From Chiloscyllium plagiosum (taxonomy: Eukaryota), in NCBI RefSeq assembly GCF_004010195.1, contig NC_057719.1:65033866-65097865 (forward strand): a DNA stretch of 64,000 nucleotides. The letters run 5' to 3'. Position 1 is the first letter of the stretch; each line of letters begins with the position of its first letter. This document shows, piece after piece, positions 1-10,689 of the stretch. The notes beneath the pieces are model-generated. The model did not search any database and had not been told where the DNA came from. It saw only the letters and a program-made list of their open reading frames with translations. A program made the translations under genes and the position numbers.

Positions 1-67
1 TCGTAGAAACACATCGCGTAGCCGATTTGATGCTACGCACATTGATGCTGGCAATTTTTAACCCCAT
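1..67 (-). CDS. N-terminus of Tx1 ORF2 (APE endonuclease domain), partial at window edge
   Basis: Minus-strand ATG at 67..65 reads MGLKIASINVRSIKSATRCVST, containing the S/T-x-N-V-R start motif of L1/Tx1 endonucleases. Confidence 0.8.
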   Translation of the reverse strand, partial: MGLKIASINVRSIKSATRCVST

Positions 68-76
68 TTTAACAGT

Positions 77-1430
77 TTACAAGGTTGACACTGTCCATTT
101 GCTGCTTGTCTTGCCCCTCCCAGGGCTGAGGTAGCTGTCCGGCTCCACACTGAAGCCATTTCCCCGCTCTGGTGTCTTCGGGTCGGGCCCAGGGTCCGCA
201 TAGTCCAGTTCTCCATCTGACAGCGGGGCTGTCACAGGACCGCTGCTCCCAGTTACCTGGAGCTGTGGGCCGGTGGGTACCTCTTGGTTCTCACCGGGTG
301 GGGGGAGGCCTTTACCCATCCCCTCAGAGGGATCATCTTTTCCTGCTTGGGCGGTGTTGCCCTCCTTTTTCTCTGCGGCGCTCTGTCTCTTCCTCTGGTG
401 ACGACCCTCCTTGCGCCCGTCCTCACCGTCGGAAGAGCTGCCTGTATCCTCGCCGTGTAGGTGTCGCTTCCCCCTTCGCTGGGTGGCTTTGGGAGGTTTC
501 CTCTTCCTGCTTTTGACAGTAATCCAATCCTCTGCCTCCTTTGATCCCTCCTCTTCCATTTCCTCCGTCTGTCTTGAAGGAGCTTGGATCGGCTGCTGCA
601 CCCTCCCCACTGTCTACCGTCTGCTCCGCTACAGCCTGCCCTTCCTTCTGGTTGCCTCCAGACACTGTTCCCGTGCTGGTTTGTGGTACCTTGCTGGTCT
701 TAGGCGGTCCACGGCTCGTGTTGCCACCTCCGGCCATCTGTGCGTAGGTGGCGGCCCCTCGTCTTGGGCAGGCCTTGTACATGTGGCCCGCCTCTCCGCA
801 CAGATTAGAGTTCTTGGCCTCCTTACATTCCTTGGTCGGGTGGCCTTCCTGCTTGCAGTTTCGGCAGACGGTCACCTTACAATCCGCCGCCATGTGGCCT
901 GACCTCCCGCAGGTTCGGCACACTTTTGGCTGCCCTGCGTACGTCTGCTTCCTCCGATGGCAAGGCTGGAGGGTGGGTGGAGGATGTTCCCACTGGCATC
1001 GACCCTCAGGGTTACCCTGACCTGTCATTTGCTGGTCCAGATCCCGAAAGGATCGACCACATCGGTACTCTCTCCCTCGACCTGGACGTATCTTCTCAAG
1101 AAGGTCAGGACATCTGCTGCTGGGACGTGAGGGTTTACATCTGGATTGTTACAACCCGACTCCTCTGCGCAGGAAGCATACACAACGGGACCGCCGACAA
1201 GATGGAGAACAGAGGTTCCCCTTCCTTCTCCTTGAAGACCTCCAGGAGCTGCTCGCAATTCTTCGCGCTCCTGAAGGTCACATCGAAATAGCCTGCCGCA
1301 GGGAAATCCTGCAGGCAGTACACGTCCGCTGCTTCGAACCCGCAGCACTCCAGCAAAATCTTCTTCACGATCACCGTCCGATCGACGGGTGTGCGCTCCT
1401 CCACCTTCTTCACAGTCACCCTGACAATGT
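77..1430 (-). pseudogene. Tx1 ORF1 (gag-like zinc-knuckle protein, ZCCHC3-like), frameshifted
   Basis: Spread over frames 1135..1458, 1025..1447, 423..1028 and 77..610. Motifs DVYCLQDFP..FDVTF, NPHVPAADVLTFL, DPFGIWTSK*, CRTCGRSGHMAADC, CRNCKQEGHPTKEC, (S)NLCGEAGHMYKAC. At least 3 frameshifts and one in-frame TGA. Confidence 0.85.
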
Positions 1431-1433
1431 TGG

Positions 1434-2185
1434 AGCAAGAAGGACAATGTTGGAGCATTTAAATTTTTTTTTAAATTTCAAAAATATACTTTATTCATAA
1501 ATATTTCATCTATACAATTGGACATGTCATCCTTCTGTAAACATTCCATTTCTTTGCATATCGAAACAGGATAATCATTCCTATTCACAGGTTGGTGCGA
1601 TTACATTGAGCTGAGGCGCCAGTGGAGCCCAAATGACTGCGTGGCCCCCTGTTCTTCTTAGGCAGGCAGATGTTACACGGTGGTCTTTCCCCACCGCGCC
1701 TTGGCGGCAGCTGCCCCAAGCTTCAGCACGTCCCTCAACACGTAGTCCTGGACCTTGGAATGTGCCAGTCTGCAACACTCAGTCGGGGTCAACTCCTTCA
1801 GCTGGAAGATCAACAGGTTTCGGACCACCCAGAGAGCGTCCTTCACCGAGTTGATGATCCTCCAGGCACAGTTGATGTTCGTCTCGGTGTGTGTCCCAGG
1901 GAACAGGCCGTAGAGCACGGAGTCCCACGTCACAGCACTGCTCGGGACGAACCTCGACAAACACCATTGCATTCCTCTCCAGACTTCCTCTTCTGCGTCA
2001 CATTCCAGAAGGAGGTGTGTGACAGTCTCGTCCCCCCCGCAGCCGCTTCGAGGGCAGCGTGCGGTGCGGCGGAGAGTCCGGGAGTGCATAAAGAATCTCA
2101 CAGGCAGAGCTCAATGTTGGAGCATTTAAAATACTGTAGTTGCTGGAATAAAAGTAGAAAATGCTCCAACATTGTCCTTCTTGCT
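1434..2185. repeat. 27-bp perfect inverted repeat, interrupted by the second Tx1 insertion
   Basis: agcaagaaggacaatgttggagcattt (1434-1460) is the exact reverse complement of aaatgctccaacattgtccttcttgct (2159-2185). Confidence 0.9.
1464..2111 (-). mobile_element. 5'-truncated Tx1/L1-clade element (ORF2 C-terminus, 3'UTR, poly-A) with 19-bp TSD
   Basis: ORF 1673..2101 has the C-terminal zinc finger CPRSGCGGDETVTHLLLEC and ends in ..AAAAKARWGKTTV. Minus-strand AATAAA at 1490-1495 and A-tail at 1464-1472. TSD caatgttggagcatttaaa at 1445-1463 and 2112-2130. Confidence 0.92.
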
Positions 2186-3049
2186 AACAGTTGTGCGTCT
2201 CTAGCCTCTCTTCAGAATGACTACCCCCTAGAGTCATAGTGGCTTTAAGACCTGAGTTTATATTTGAGGTTGATGCATTCTGGCACTAGCTCTCAATGTG
2301 TGACTGACTTTGTTGGTGATCTGGAATGAGCACTTTTAGCAGTTTTCAATATTACAGTCCTGAATTGATCATTTCTGTAGCTGTCAACCCATTTGCTCTC
2401 CTTTTGCATTTGAAACCTCATTTGACTCTGCACTGGAAGGGACCAGATGACTCGAGATCTGTGGCGTTTGTTAAGCAGCCGGCTGTATAGAATGATGGAA
2501 AAGATATAGACTGTTAGTTATGGGATACACCTAATTTTCTAGTAAGAGAAACAAACAGCACAAACTAGACCCAATAATGGGACGGACCAGATACTGATAT
2601 ACTGTTGTAGTTGGTGAAGTAAGGGATAATTACATAAATGGAAAGAAAGTATTTGTATAGAAAATTATAGCTTTTTATGCCAGGGATCCTGTTGACAATA
2701 CATTAGAATTATTGAAACAATGTTCAGTAGTAAAAAATATATCAAATCAAATGTTGTGACATTTTGAAAGGTCAATATTTAACTGATATAGTGAGGCAAA
2801 GCTGCTACTTGGTATACAAATCATTGGTGTAATGATTTGTATACCAAATAAATAAATAGCGTGAAGAATCTTATTCTCACCTGCGCAGGAGGGCTATTGC
2901 AGTCAGTGAAAGGATACAGAAGATGACAACCAATGACAGGGACAAAGAGTTTGAATTATGAGCACCAATTATGCACATAAAGTATATTTTGTGATGAGCT
3001 GCCAAATTGAATCATTGCAATCCACTTAGTGGCTTGGTAGAACTAATTG

Positions 3050-3285
3050 GAGTAGTGGTGCAGTTGTACTGTCCCCCCTTCTTACTAGAAGGCAGCCTCT
3101 TACTCTGGGATAGGAGGCCTGGTTTTAAGTCCAACCTGTTCCAGAGGTGTACTATAATTTGGTTGCTTTGAAAAAAAAATCTACAACTAATTGGCTTTTG
3201 AAGTGCGTACACTTCAAGTGTGCAGTGAGTACACTTCACTAGCTGTAGGGCCACCTGAGATTGAGAAGGTTGTTACAATCATGTG
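3050..3285 (+). mobile_element. Degraded tRNA-derived SINE
   Basis: A-box-like gtggtgcagttgt and B-box-like ggttttaagtcc, with a body resembling the heads at 3630-3850. Confidence 0.45.
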
Positions 3286-3629
3286 AGTGTATTAAGTTTT
3301 GGAAAAATCTGACTGATTATTTGTGAGGCTATAAACTTTGTGCCTTTATCTGATCTGATCTATGTGTGGTTTTAGTAACACACTGATATGGTTGTCCTGT
3401 GAGAGGGCCTAAAAGTTCCAAAGTGGACTGCTTCATTTTGGGAAGATGGTTCACCACATCACACACATTCCAAGACTGAATTAATGAAAACAAGAGTTAG
3501 TGCATCTTGTGTTTTTTTTGGGGAGTCATCCAGAACAGAAAGTTTCTCAATTCAGTCCCTTCTGTTTCTGCTGCATTCCTCAATTTCAATTCTGATGGCT
3601 GTTACTTAAATATTTTCAATCTACCTATT

Positions 3630-3850
3630 TAAACATGTTATGACATCTGGGCAGCTGAAACTTGAACCCACACCTCTGACACTACCACTGCATCATAAGA
3701 CCTTAAAACTCTCATTTATTTTCCAGTCAACTTGTGCAAGTGATGTTTTTATACACCTAATGGAATGGATGGGACTTGAACCGGGGCCTCTTAGCTCAGA
3801 GATAGGGCCACCACCACTGCCCCATACGACTTTAAAGCTATCAATTATCC
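3630..3850 (-). mobile_element. Two tandem tRNA-like SINE heads (about 125-bp unit)
   Basis: Repeated acttgaacc...(c/t)accactgc..cata.gac.ttaaa at about 3660-3710 and 3774-3840; reverse-complement B-box ggttcaagt. Confidence 0.55.
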
Positions 3851-5989
3851 TGCTTCTTGTTAATACCCCCACCTGCAAACTGCATACGTTTCAATAAGCC
3901 TTAGTGCTTTGAATTAATCTCGTTCAACATCCCCCATCTCTGTATTTACCTTGACCCATTCTACCACCACTTCATGACCCTCTCCCTCCATTCTTGCTTG
4001 CCTCCTTCCTTCCCCTATAATGTTGACTTTCTTTTTGTGAAAGTCTTTGGGCAGGAACAATTGTGATTCAGCCAGGGAAGTTTGGAGTCAGAATTGTTGG
4101 AATTGTTGAAGGTGGGAATCCTCTGTTACTTACTATTCCCTTAGGAGGTTACCCCAATGGGCCGGGGTCGAATACACAATGACTAATAAAGATTTTACAG
4201 TTCATTAGGATTTTTGATCGTTATATCGCCCATGTGCGGATAGTCTGAAAATTAGCCTTCGGAAGGCAGTCTCACACATAGGTCCATCTGCAGACCATTT
4301 GCTATTCAATGTAACACACAGGAACGCACAGCGTTAAGATTTTATCTTCCTGTACACTATCAGATTGTTATCCTAAATATCTCCACAGCAGGAGATAAGA
4401 AAAATCATGTCAGATCCACTTTTGGATGTTCTGCAGTAGTGTGTTCCCGCCCCCCAAAAAAGAAGAATTTCATGCGCACATTTGATAAAATAAGCGAAAG
4501 GTCAACTGGGGAACTTCACGCCGTCTGAACCTTCCCCGCTGCAGACACTAATTATTGCGGCATGTGAAGGCGGTTGTGTCTGAGCAGGAGCTTCAACATC
4601 ATCATCTGTTGGTGCTGATGCATTGGCAGGTCAGAACACAGACACTTTCGCTTCACCCGTTCCGCCTTGCTCGCTGACTGTACTCAAACAGAAGTCACGC
4701 GATCCTGACACGACTGCACAAATCCTGTACTCAGCAATGCTAATGAAAAAAAAAGCAGTTCGCTTTTTCTGGGCTTCCCATTGAGGGTCACGACTCTCAA
4801 TGACACAAAGCTTTACTCCCAGTACTTCAGCGGAGTGGCTATTCTTAGGAACATTTGACGTGAGCCTGCTGACTACACAGACTTAACGTCAGAGCTCAAC
4901 TTGGGCCATCTTCATGAGATGGTTACTAGCGAGCACTTTACAGGGCCAGGTTTCTGCCCAGTGAGCTGGGAGGTGAAATGCTGACTGATAGTTTTTCACT
5001 GCTTTGTGAATCAAATCCACTCACTCAAAAGTGCAGTTCTGGCATAAAAAAAACAAGTATTTGGTCATAACAGAAGTAATTCCCAAAGTTTTATTGCATA
5101 CAGATTCCACCTGTATCTAATTTATCCATGATTTTGCTGTGTGTCTCTTCTGCTTTACTCCAGCCCTCAACCTCACCTTGCAGTTCAGGTCAACTATACC
5201 AACTCATTTGAGCCCTGTGAGATCCAAGCTTGGGTTGGACTGTCTCCAATCAAATCTGCTCAGTTCCCATACATATCTTTCTGCTTCCCTGTTACATTAC
5301 TTCCCCCATTCTCTGCCCCTGGACAACATGATTTCACAATTTCATCTCTGTCACTCTCAGTAATTCCCAGTTGTGTTCCTTTAGCTCTCCATCCATCATG
5401 TCATCATTGTCTCCACCGAGCTGTTTTAACAGCTTCCGTCTTTGCACTTTTCTATGCATTTGGTCCCAACAAACTCATCACCTTTGTCACTTCACCTTGC
5501 TCAAATCTGCCTTCTATCTTAGAGACAGGGCTGAAAGTGCACAAGACATCAGTCTCCCAATTTGGTTTGATGGCCTGAAGCAATATTGCACCTGTCTGAC
5601 ATTCACTACTGGTGAGCACCTGAAAGGGAATGGAATCAGCAAAAGAAAATTCTATCTTATACCTGGTTTCAGTTCAGCAAAACAGAGCATCCCCATGTGA
5701 AGTTGAGGGCACTTGGGAAGAAGTAAATGCGGAGGTTTACACACTACGATGGAAACTGATCTTCGAAATGATGCCACTAGGGAGTAGAAGAGGCCTAGGA
5801 TGGAATCTTGGAGCATACAGTGTTGGCTGGTCCCAGGAATAGAAGCCATTTCACAAAATGTGCTGGCTACATTTAGATACATGATATTAGATAGATGTTG
5901 CAACAGTCCCCAAGTGAGATTCTCCTGTTTGGTTTGGGATATGCCAAATCACTGTGTTCCTGTGTGAGGAGGGATAAACTAGCTTGCTA

Positions 5990-6440
5990 CTTTAGGGGGG
6001 ATTTTCCAGGAAGCTGTTTGGGCTGGCGGATCTGAGCTATGTGAAATGATTGGATTGTTTTCCTTGAAGATGCAATGTCTGAGAAAGCTCCTCATGGAGA
6101 TGTGTGAGACCATAAGGGCCTAGACAGGAAGTCACCTTTCAACGAGTAGAATCAATAATCAGGGGCCTTAGAATTCTGGTAGGAGGTAGAAGCCTAAATG
6201 GGGAATTGAGAGATGTTTTCACCTGGATGGTGATGACAGTCTGGAACTCATTGCCTGAAAGGACATGTGAGTCAAAAACTCTTGTAACATTTAAGAAATA
6301 TTAAGATTCACACGCATTCCCATAGCCTCCAGGACGATAAACCTGGGCTGAAAAATGAGATTACTGTAGTCAGATCTTTATTTACTGGTGCAGACATGAT
6401 AAGTCAAATGACATCCTCTGTTGTAAATGTTTTGGAGTCT
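5990..6440 (+). mobile_element. Old CR1 LINE 3' end
   Basis: Decayed ORF2 C-terminal sequence (ttttcacc..gtctggaactcattgcctgaaag, aacatttaagaaatat) followed by a CR1-type 3'UTR. Confidence 0.65.
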
Positions 6441-6860
6441 TTCTGAGTTATCAATATTTTTCTCTGCTGTCATGTCTCTGCTCATTAATTTACCACTTCT
6501 TCTAAAATTTGATGTCTGCTCCCGTTGTTTGGTTTAAAATGCTCTATTATTTCGCTATTTATGCAGTTTGCTCGGGCACTAGTCCCAGCATGGTTCAGAT
6601 ATAAACTATTTCATTGCCCAGGTATTGATAAGGCTGCCCTATTTCATCCACTTTGGGTCACATGTTCATTTCTCTAATCAATTTGTCCATGGTTCAGGTA
6701 ATAATCTAGAGATAATTACCTTTAAGATTCTGCTTCCTAATTTGCTGTCTAGCTCTTCACGCTGACTCTGCTGAACTTTTTCCCTTGTCCTGCTATGTTA
6801 TTGGTACTGACACAGATAGTGATGGCTGGGTCCTCTGACTCCCACTGGATGTTCCTTTCA

Positions 6861-9490
6861 AGTCATAGAGATGTACAGCACGAAAACAGACCCTTCAGTC
6901 CAACTCATCCATGCCAACCAGATACCCTAAATTACTCAGGTCTCATTTACCAGCACTTGGCCTATATCCCTCTATACCCTTCCTATTCATATACCCATCC
7001 AGATGCCTTTTAAATGTTATAATTGTACTAGCTTCCACCACTTCCTCTGGCAGCTCATTCCACACAATGCACCACCATGTGACAAAGTTGCCTCTTAGTG
7101 CCTTTTATTTCTTTCCCCTCTCACTCTAAAACTATGCCCTCTAGTTCTGGACTCCCTCTCCCTGGGGAAAATACCTTGTCTATTTATCCAATCCATTCCA
7201 CTCATGATTTTATAAACCTCTACAAAGTCACACCTCAGCCACCAAAGCTCCAGAGAATAAAGCCCCAGCCTATTCAGCCTCTCCTTATAGCTCAACCTCC
7301 AACTCTGGCAACATCCTTGTAAATCTTTTCTGAACCCTTTCAAGTTTCACAACTTCATTCCAATAGGCAGGAGACCAGAACTGCACACAATATTCCAAGT
7401 GTGGCCTAACCAATGTCCTGACAGCTGCAACATGGCCTCCCAACTCCCATACTAAATGCTCTGACCAATAAAGGAAAGCATACCAAATGCCTTCTTCATT
7501 ATCCTTCTTCCCAGTGACTCCACTTCCAAGGAGCTATGAACCTGCCCTCCAAAGTCTCTTTGTTCAGCAACACTCCCAAGAACCTTACCATTAAGTATAT
7601 AAGTCCTGCTTAGATTTGCCTTTCCAAAATGCAGCACCTCGCATTAACCTAAATTAAACTCCATCTGCCACTCCTCGGCCCATTGGCCCATCTGATCAAG
7701 ATCCCATTGTACTCTGAGGTAACCTTCTTCACTGTCCACTACCTCTTCAATTTTGGTGTCATCTGCAAATTTAATGACGATACCTCCGATGTTCACATCC
7801 AAATCATTTATATAAATGATGAAAAGCAGTGGACCCAGCATCGATCCTTGGTATATACCAATGGTCACAGGCTGAAAAGCAACCCTCTACCACCAACCTC
7901 TGTCTTCTACCCTTGAACCAGTTTTGTATTCAAATGGCTAGTTCTCCCTGTATTCCATGAGATCTAACCTTGCCAACCAATCTACCATGAGGAACCTCAT
8001 CAAAAGCCTTACTGAAGTCCATATAGATCATATCCACTGCCTTTTCCTCATCAGTCTGGTTCGTTGCTTCTTCAAAAAACTCAATCAAGTTAGTGAGACA
8101 TGGCACAAAGCCATGTTGACTATCCCTAATCAGTCCTTGCCTTTCAAAATACATGTGAATCCTGTCCCTCAGAATTCCCTGCAACAACTTGCCCACCACC
8201 AATGTCAGGCTCACTGGTCTACAATTCCCTAGCTTTTTCTTACCACCTTTCTTAAACAGTGGCACTACAGTAGCCAACCTCCAGTCTTCCAGCACCTCAT
8301 CTGTGACTATTGATGATACAAACATCGCAGCAAGGGGTCCAGCAATCATTTCCCTAGCTTTCCACAGAGTTCTAGGGTACACCTCATGAGGTGCTGGGGA
8401 TTTATTCACCGTTATGTGTTTAAAGATATTCTGCCCCTTCTCCTCTGTAATGTGGACAGTTTTCAAGATGTCACCATCTATTTCTCCATATTCTATATCT
8501 TCTATGTGCTTCTATCATTTTCCATCACTATTTTAAAGCTAATAGAATTATGGTTGCTGGCCCCAAAGTGCTCCCTCACTAAACTTCAGTCACTTAGCCT
8601 GACTTATTCCCCAAGAAATAGTAGGTGTATCCACAAACTGAATCAGAAAATTTTATTGTCCACACTTAATAATTCATCTCCATTTTAACCCTTAACACTA
8701 TGGCAGTCCCAGTCTATATTTGGAAAGTTAAAATCCTCTACCATAACCACTATATTATTCTTACAGGTCAGTGAGATCTACTTCCAAATTTGTTTCTCAA
8801 TGTCCCTCTGACAATTAGGGGGTCTATAGTATAATCCCAATAAGGTGATCATCCTTTTCTTATTTCTCAGTTCCACCCAAATAATTTCCCTGGATATATT
8901 CCCAGGAATCTCCTCCCTAATTACAGTCATAATGTTATCTTTTATCAAAAATGCCACTCCCCCTCCTGTCTTGCCTCCCTTTCTATCCTTCCTGTAGCAT
9001 TTGTATCGTGGATCATTAAGCTGCCAGTCCTGCCCATCCCTGAGCCATGTTTCCGTAATTGCTATGATATCCCAGTCCCATGTTCCTCACCAGGCGCTGA
9101 GTCCATCTGCCTTCCTTTTAGGCCTCTTGCATTGAAATAAATGCAGTTTAATTTATTAGACTTACCTCATTCTCTGCTTTGTTCCTGACAGCCCTGACTG
9201 TTTGACTTACTCCTTTTCCGAACTGCACCAGTGTCAGATTGATCTCTTTCCTCATTATCTCCCTGGGGCCCACACCCCCCACTTTATTAATTTAAATGCT
9301 CCCAGGCATCTTCCTGCCAGTATATTCATCCACTTCCAATTCAGGTACAATCCATTCTTAGACAGGTCACTGAGAAGAGACTAATTAGAAGAGATACTAG
9401 TGATCCAAAAATGTGAACTCTTCTCTACCTGCACCAGCTCCTCAGCCACACATTCATCTGCTCTATCTCCTATTGCTACCGTCAATAGCT
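6861..9490 (-). mobile_element. CR1 LINE: end of ORF1, endonuclease, RT and 3'UTR, with deletions and stops
   Basis: ORFs 7930..8466 (DWRLATVVPLFKKG, CLTNLIEFFE, YMDFSKAFDEVPH), 7644..7868 (QGSMLGP, KFADDTKI), 7452..7637 and 7095..7343. Endonuclease sequence at about 8500-9150. 3' tail agtcatagag at 6861. Confidence 0.93.
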
Positions 9491-10305
9491 GAGACTCCTG
9501 CTTTCCTGTCCTCTGCTGCCTGTTACCTGCCTCAGCTGCAACATGCTTCTATGTCCCTGTCAACTGTATGAATTAGAAATCATAATCTAAGGAGTGCGAC
9601 TCCATCCTATTAGAATATATTCAGGCAATTTTCATCCTTCCTGATGTGTTTGCGGTATCTGTGGTTCAACCCTTAGTTTCAACACTGAACCAAAGCTACC
9701 TGAGCCATGAGCACTACAGATATGTTTGCCCTGGATCACATTAACGTCCTGCAGTTCCCACACGCTGCCAGACTTAGTAAGGTTTTATTAACTCCTTTAT
9801 TATTTCATTCAACTATTTATTTTTCTTTGTAATGCATTATATTGCCTTTACTACCACCTTCTGTACTATTTTGCACATTAAAAATAAAATAGGCCTTATC
9901 CACTTCCCAGATATTTGTCAAACACCACGCTTCTTCCCACACTATAATAAGAACCAATTCTTAATGAGTGAATAAAGGAGACAAAACAAAGAAGCACCTT
10001 CCTCTTCACATTTTTACCTTACTCATCCAACTCCCAGCACCTTTTTCAAAGTTGCATTCAGTGCTGGTCACACTTAGATACACTAAAACAAAAGATGTAG
10101 CTCAGACCCAGAGGAAATAACAGTGTAAACTACTTTTCTTAATTAACTAACTTCAGCTGCTCTCCAGTGGAGAGCTTCTTATCCTCACCTAAGTCTGGAC
10201 AAGAATTAGAATTTGGAGAAAGTGAGGACTGCAGATGCTAGAGGTCAGGGTTGAGAGTGTGTTGCTGGAAAAGCACAGCAGGTCAGGCAGCATCCGAGGA
10301 GCAGG

Positions 10306-10344
10306 AGAATCGATGTTTCGGGCATAAGCCCTTCATCAGGAATC
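10306..10344 (-). ncRNA. Minimal hammerhead ribozyme motif
   Basis: Minus strand reads gattc-CTGATGA-A-GGGC-ttat-GCCC-GAAAC-ATC-gattc. Core boxes intact; GTC changed to ATC. Confidence 0.7.
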
Positions 10345-10357
10345 AGCATCCTCATGC

Positions 10358-10393
10358 CATTCTGTTGAAGGGCTTATGCCCGAAACGTCGATT
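10358..10393 (+). ncRNA. Minimal hammerhead ribozyme motif with core mutation
   Basis: catt-CTGTTGA-A-GGGC-ttat-GCCC-GAAAC-GTC-gatt; A6 mutated to T. Confidence 0.6.
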
Positions 10394-10689
10394 CTCCTGC
10401 TCCTCGGATGCTGCCTGACCTGCAGCACACACGGACTTGATGAAGAATTAGAATTTAAACGGTATATTTCAGTAAAATGTTAAGTACAATTAAAATTAGA
10501 TTGTTAGAAAGAGATATCCCTAACTCCATTCATTATCATCTCTCAGCAATCAGTTCAAGGACAGATTCTGTGCGATGGTCATATTCACATTGTGCATTGT
10601 TACTGACATTGAGCAGAATAATATCAGAGGACAACCAGTCAGAATGAAGGAAGATGAAAGCAAGAGGGAAAAGAAGAGTGAATACTTAT

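Larger units (their letters stand above)
1..1430 (-). mobile_element. Tx1/L1-clade non-LTR retrotransposon, ORF1 plus start of ORF2; continues off the left edge
   Basis: ORF1 with three CCHC zinc knuckles, followed 9 nt after its stop by an APE-endonuclease start (MGLKIASINVRSIK). GC-rich relative to flanks. 5' end truncated at about 1430. Confidence 0.9.
10215..10442. mobile_element. Palindromic Penelope-like non-autonomous element (family A) with two hammerhead motifs and 14-bp TSD
   Basis: Inverted arms at about 10278-10339 and 10362-10423. TSD aagaattagaattt at 10201-10214 and 10443-10456. Confidence 0.8.

Noticed and set aside
77..1458. Host ZCCHC3-like gene
   Set aside because: Multiple frameshifts and a stop, and an endonuclease ORF2 follows directly, so this is retrotransposon ORF1.
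1434..2185. Pre-miRNA annotation for the reconstructed hairpin
   Set aside because: Perfect stem with a large loop, no mature sequence I recognise, and currently interrupted by an insertion. Kept only as a possible target site.
5139..5903. Cluster of 70-145 aa ORFs
   Set aside because: No recognisable domains and low-complexity composition, likely decayed repeat sequence. The same applies to most short ORFs in the track, many of which are antisense to CR1 or Tx1.
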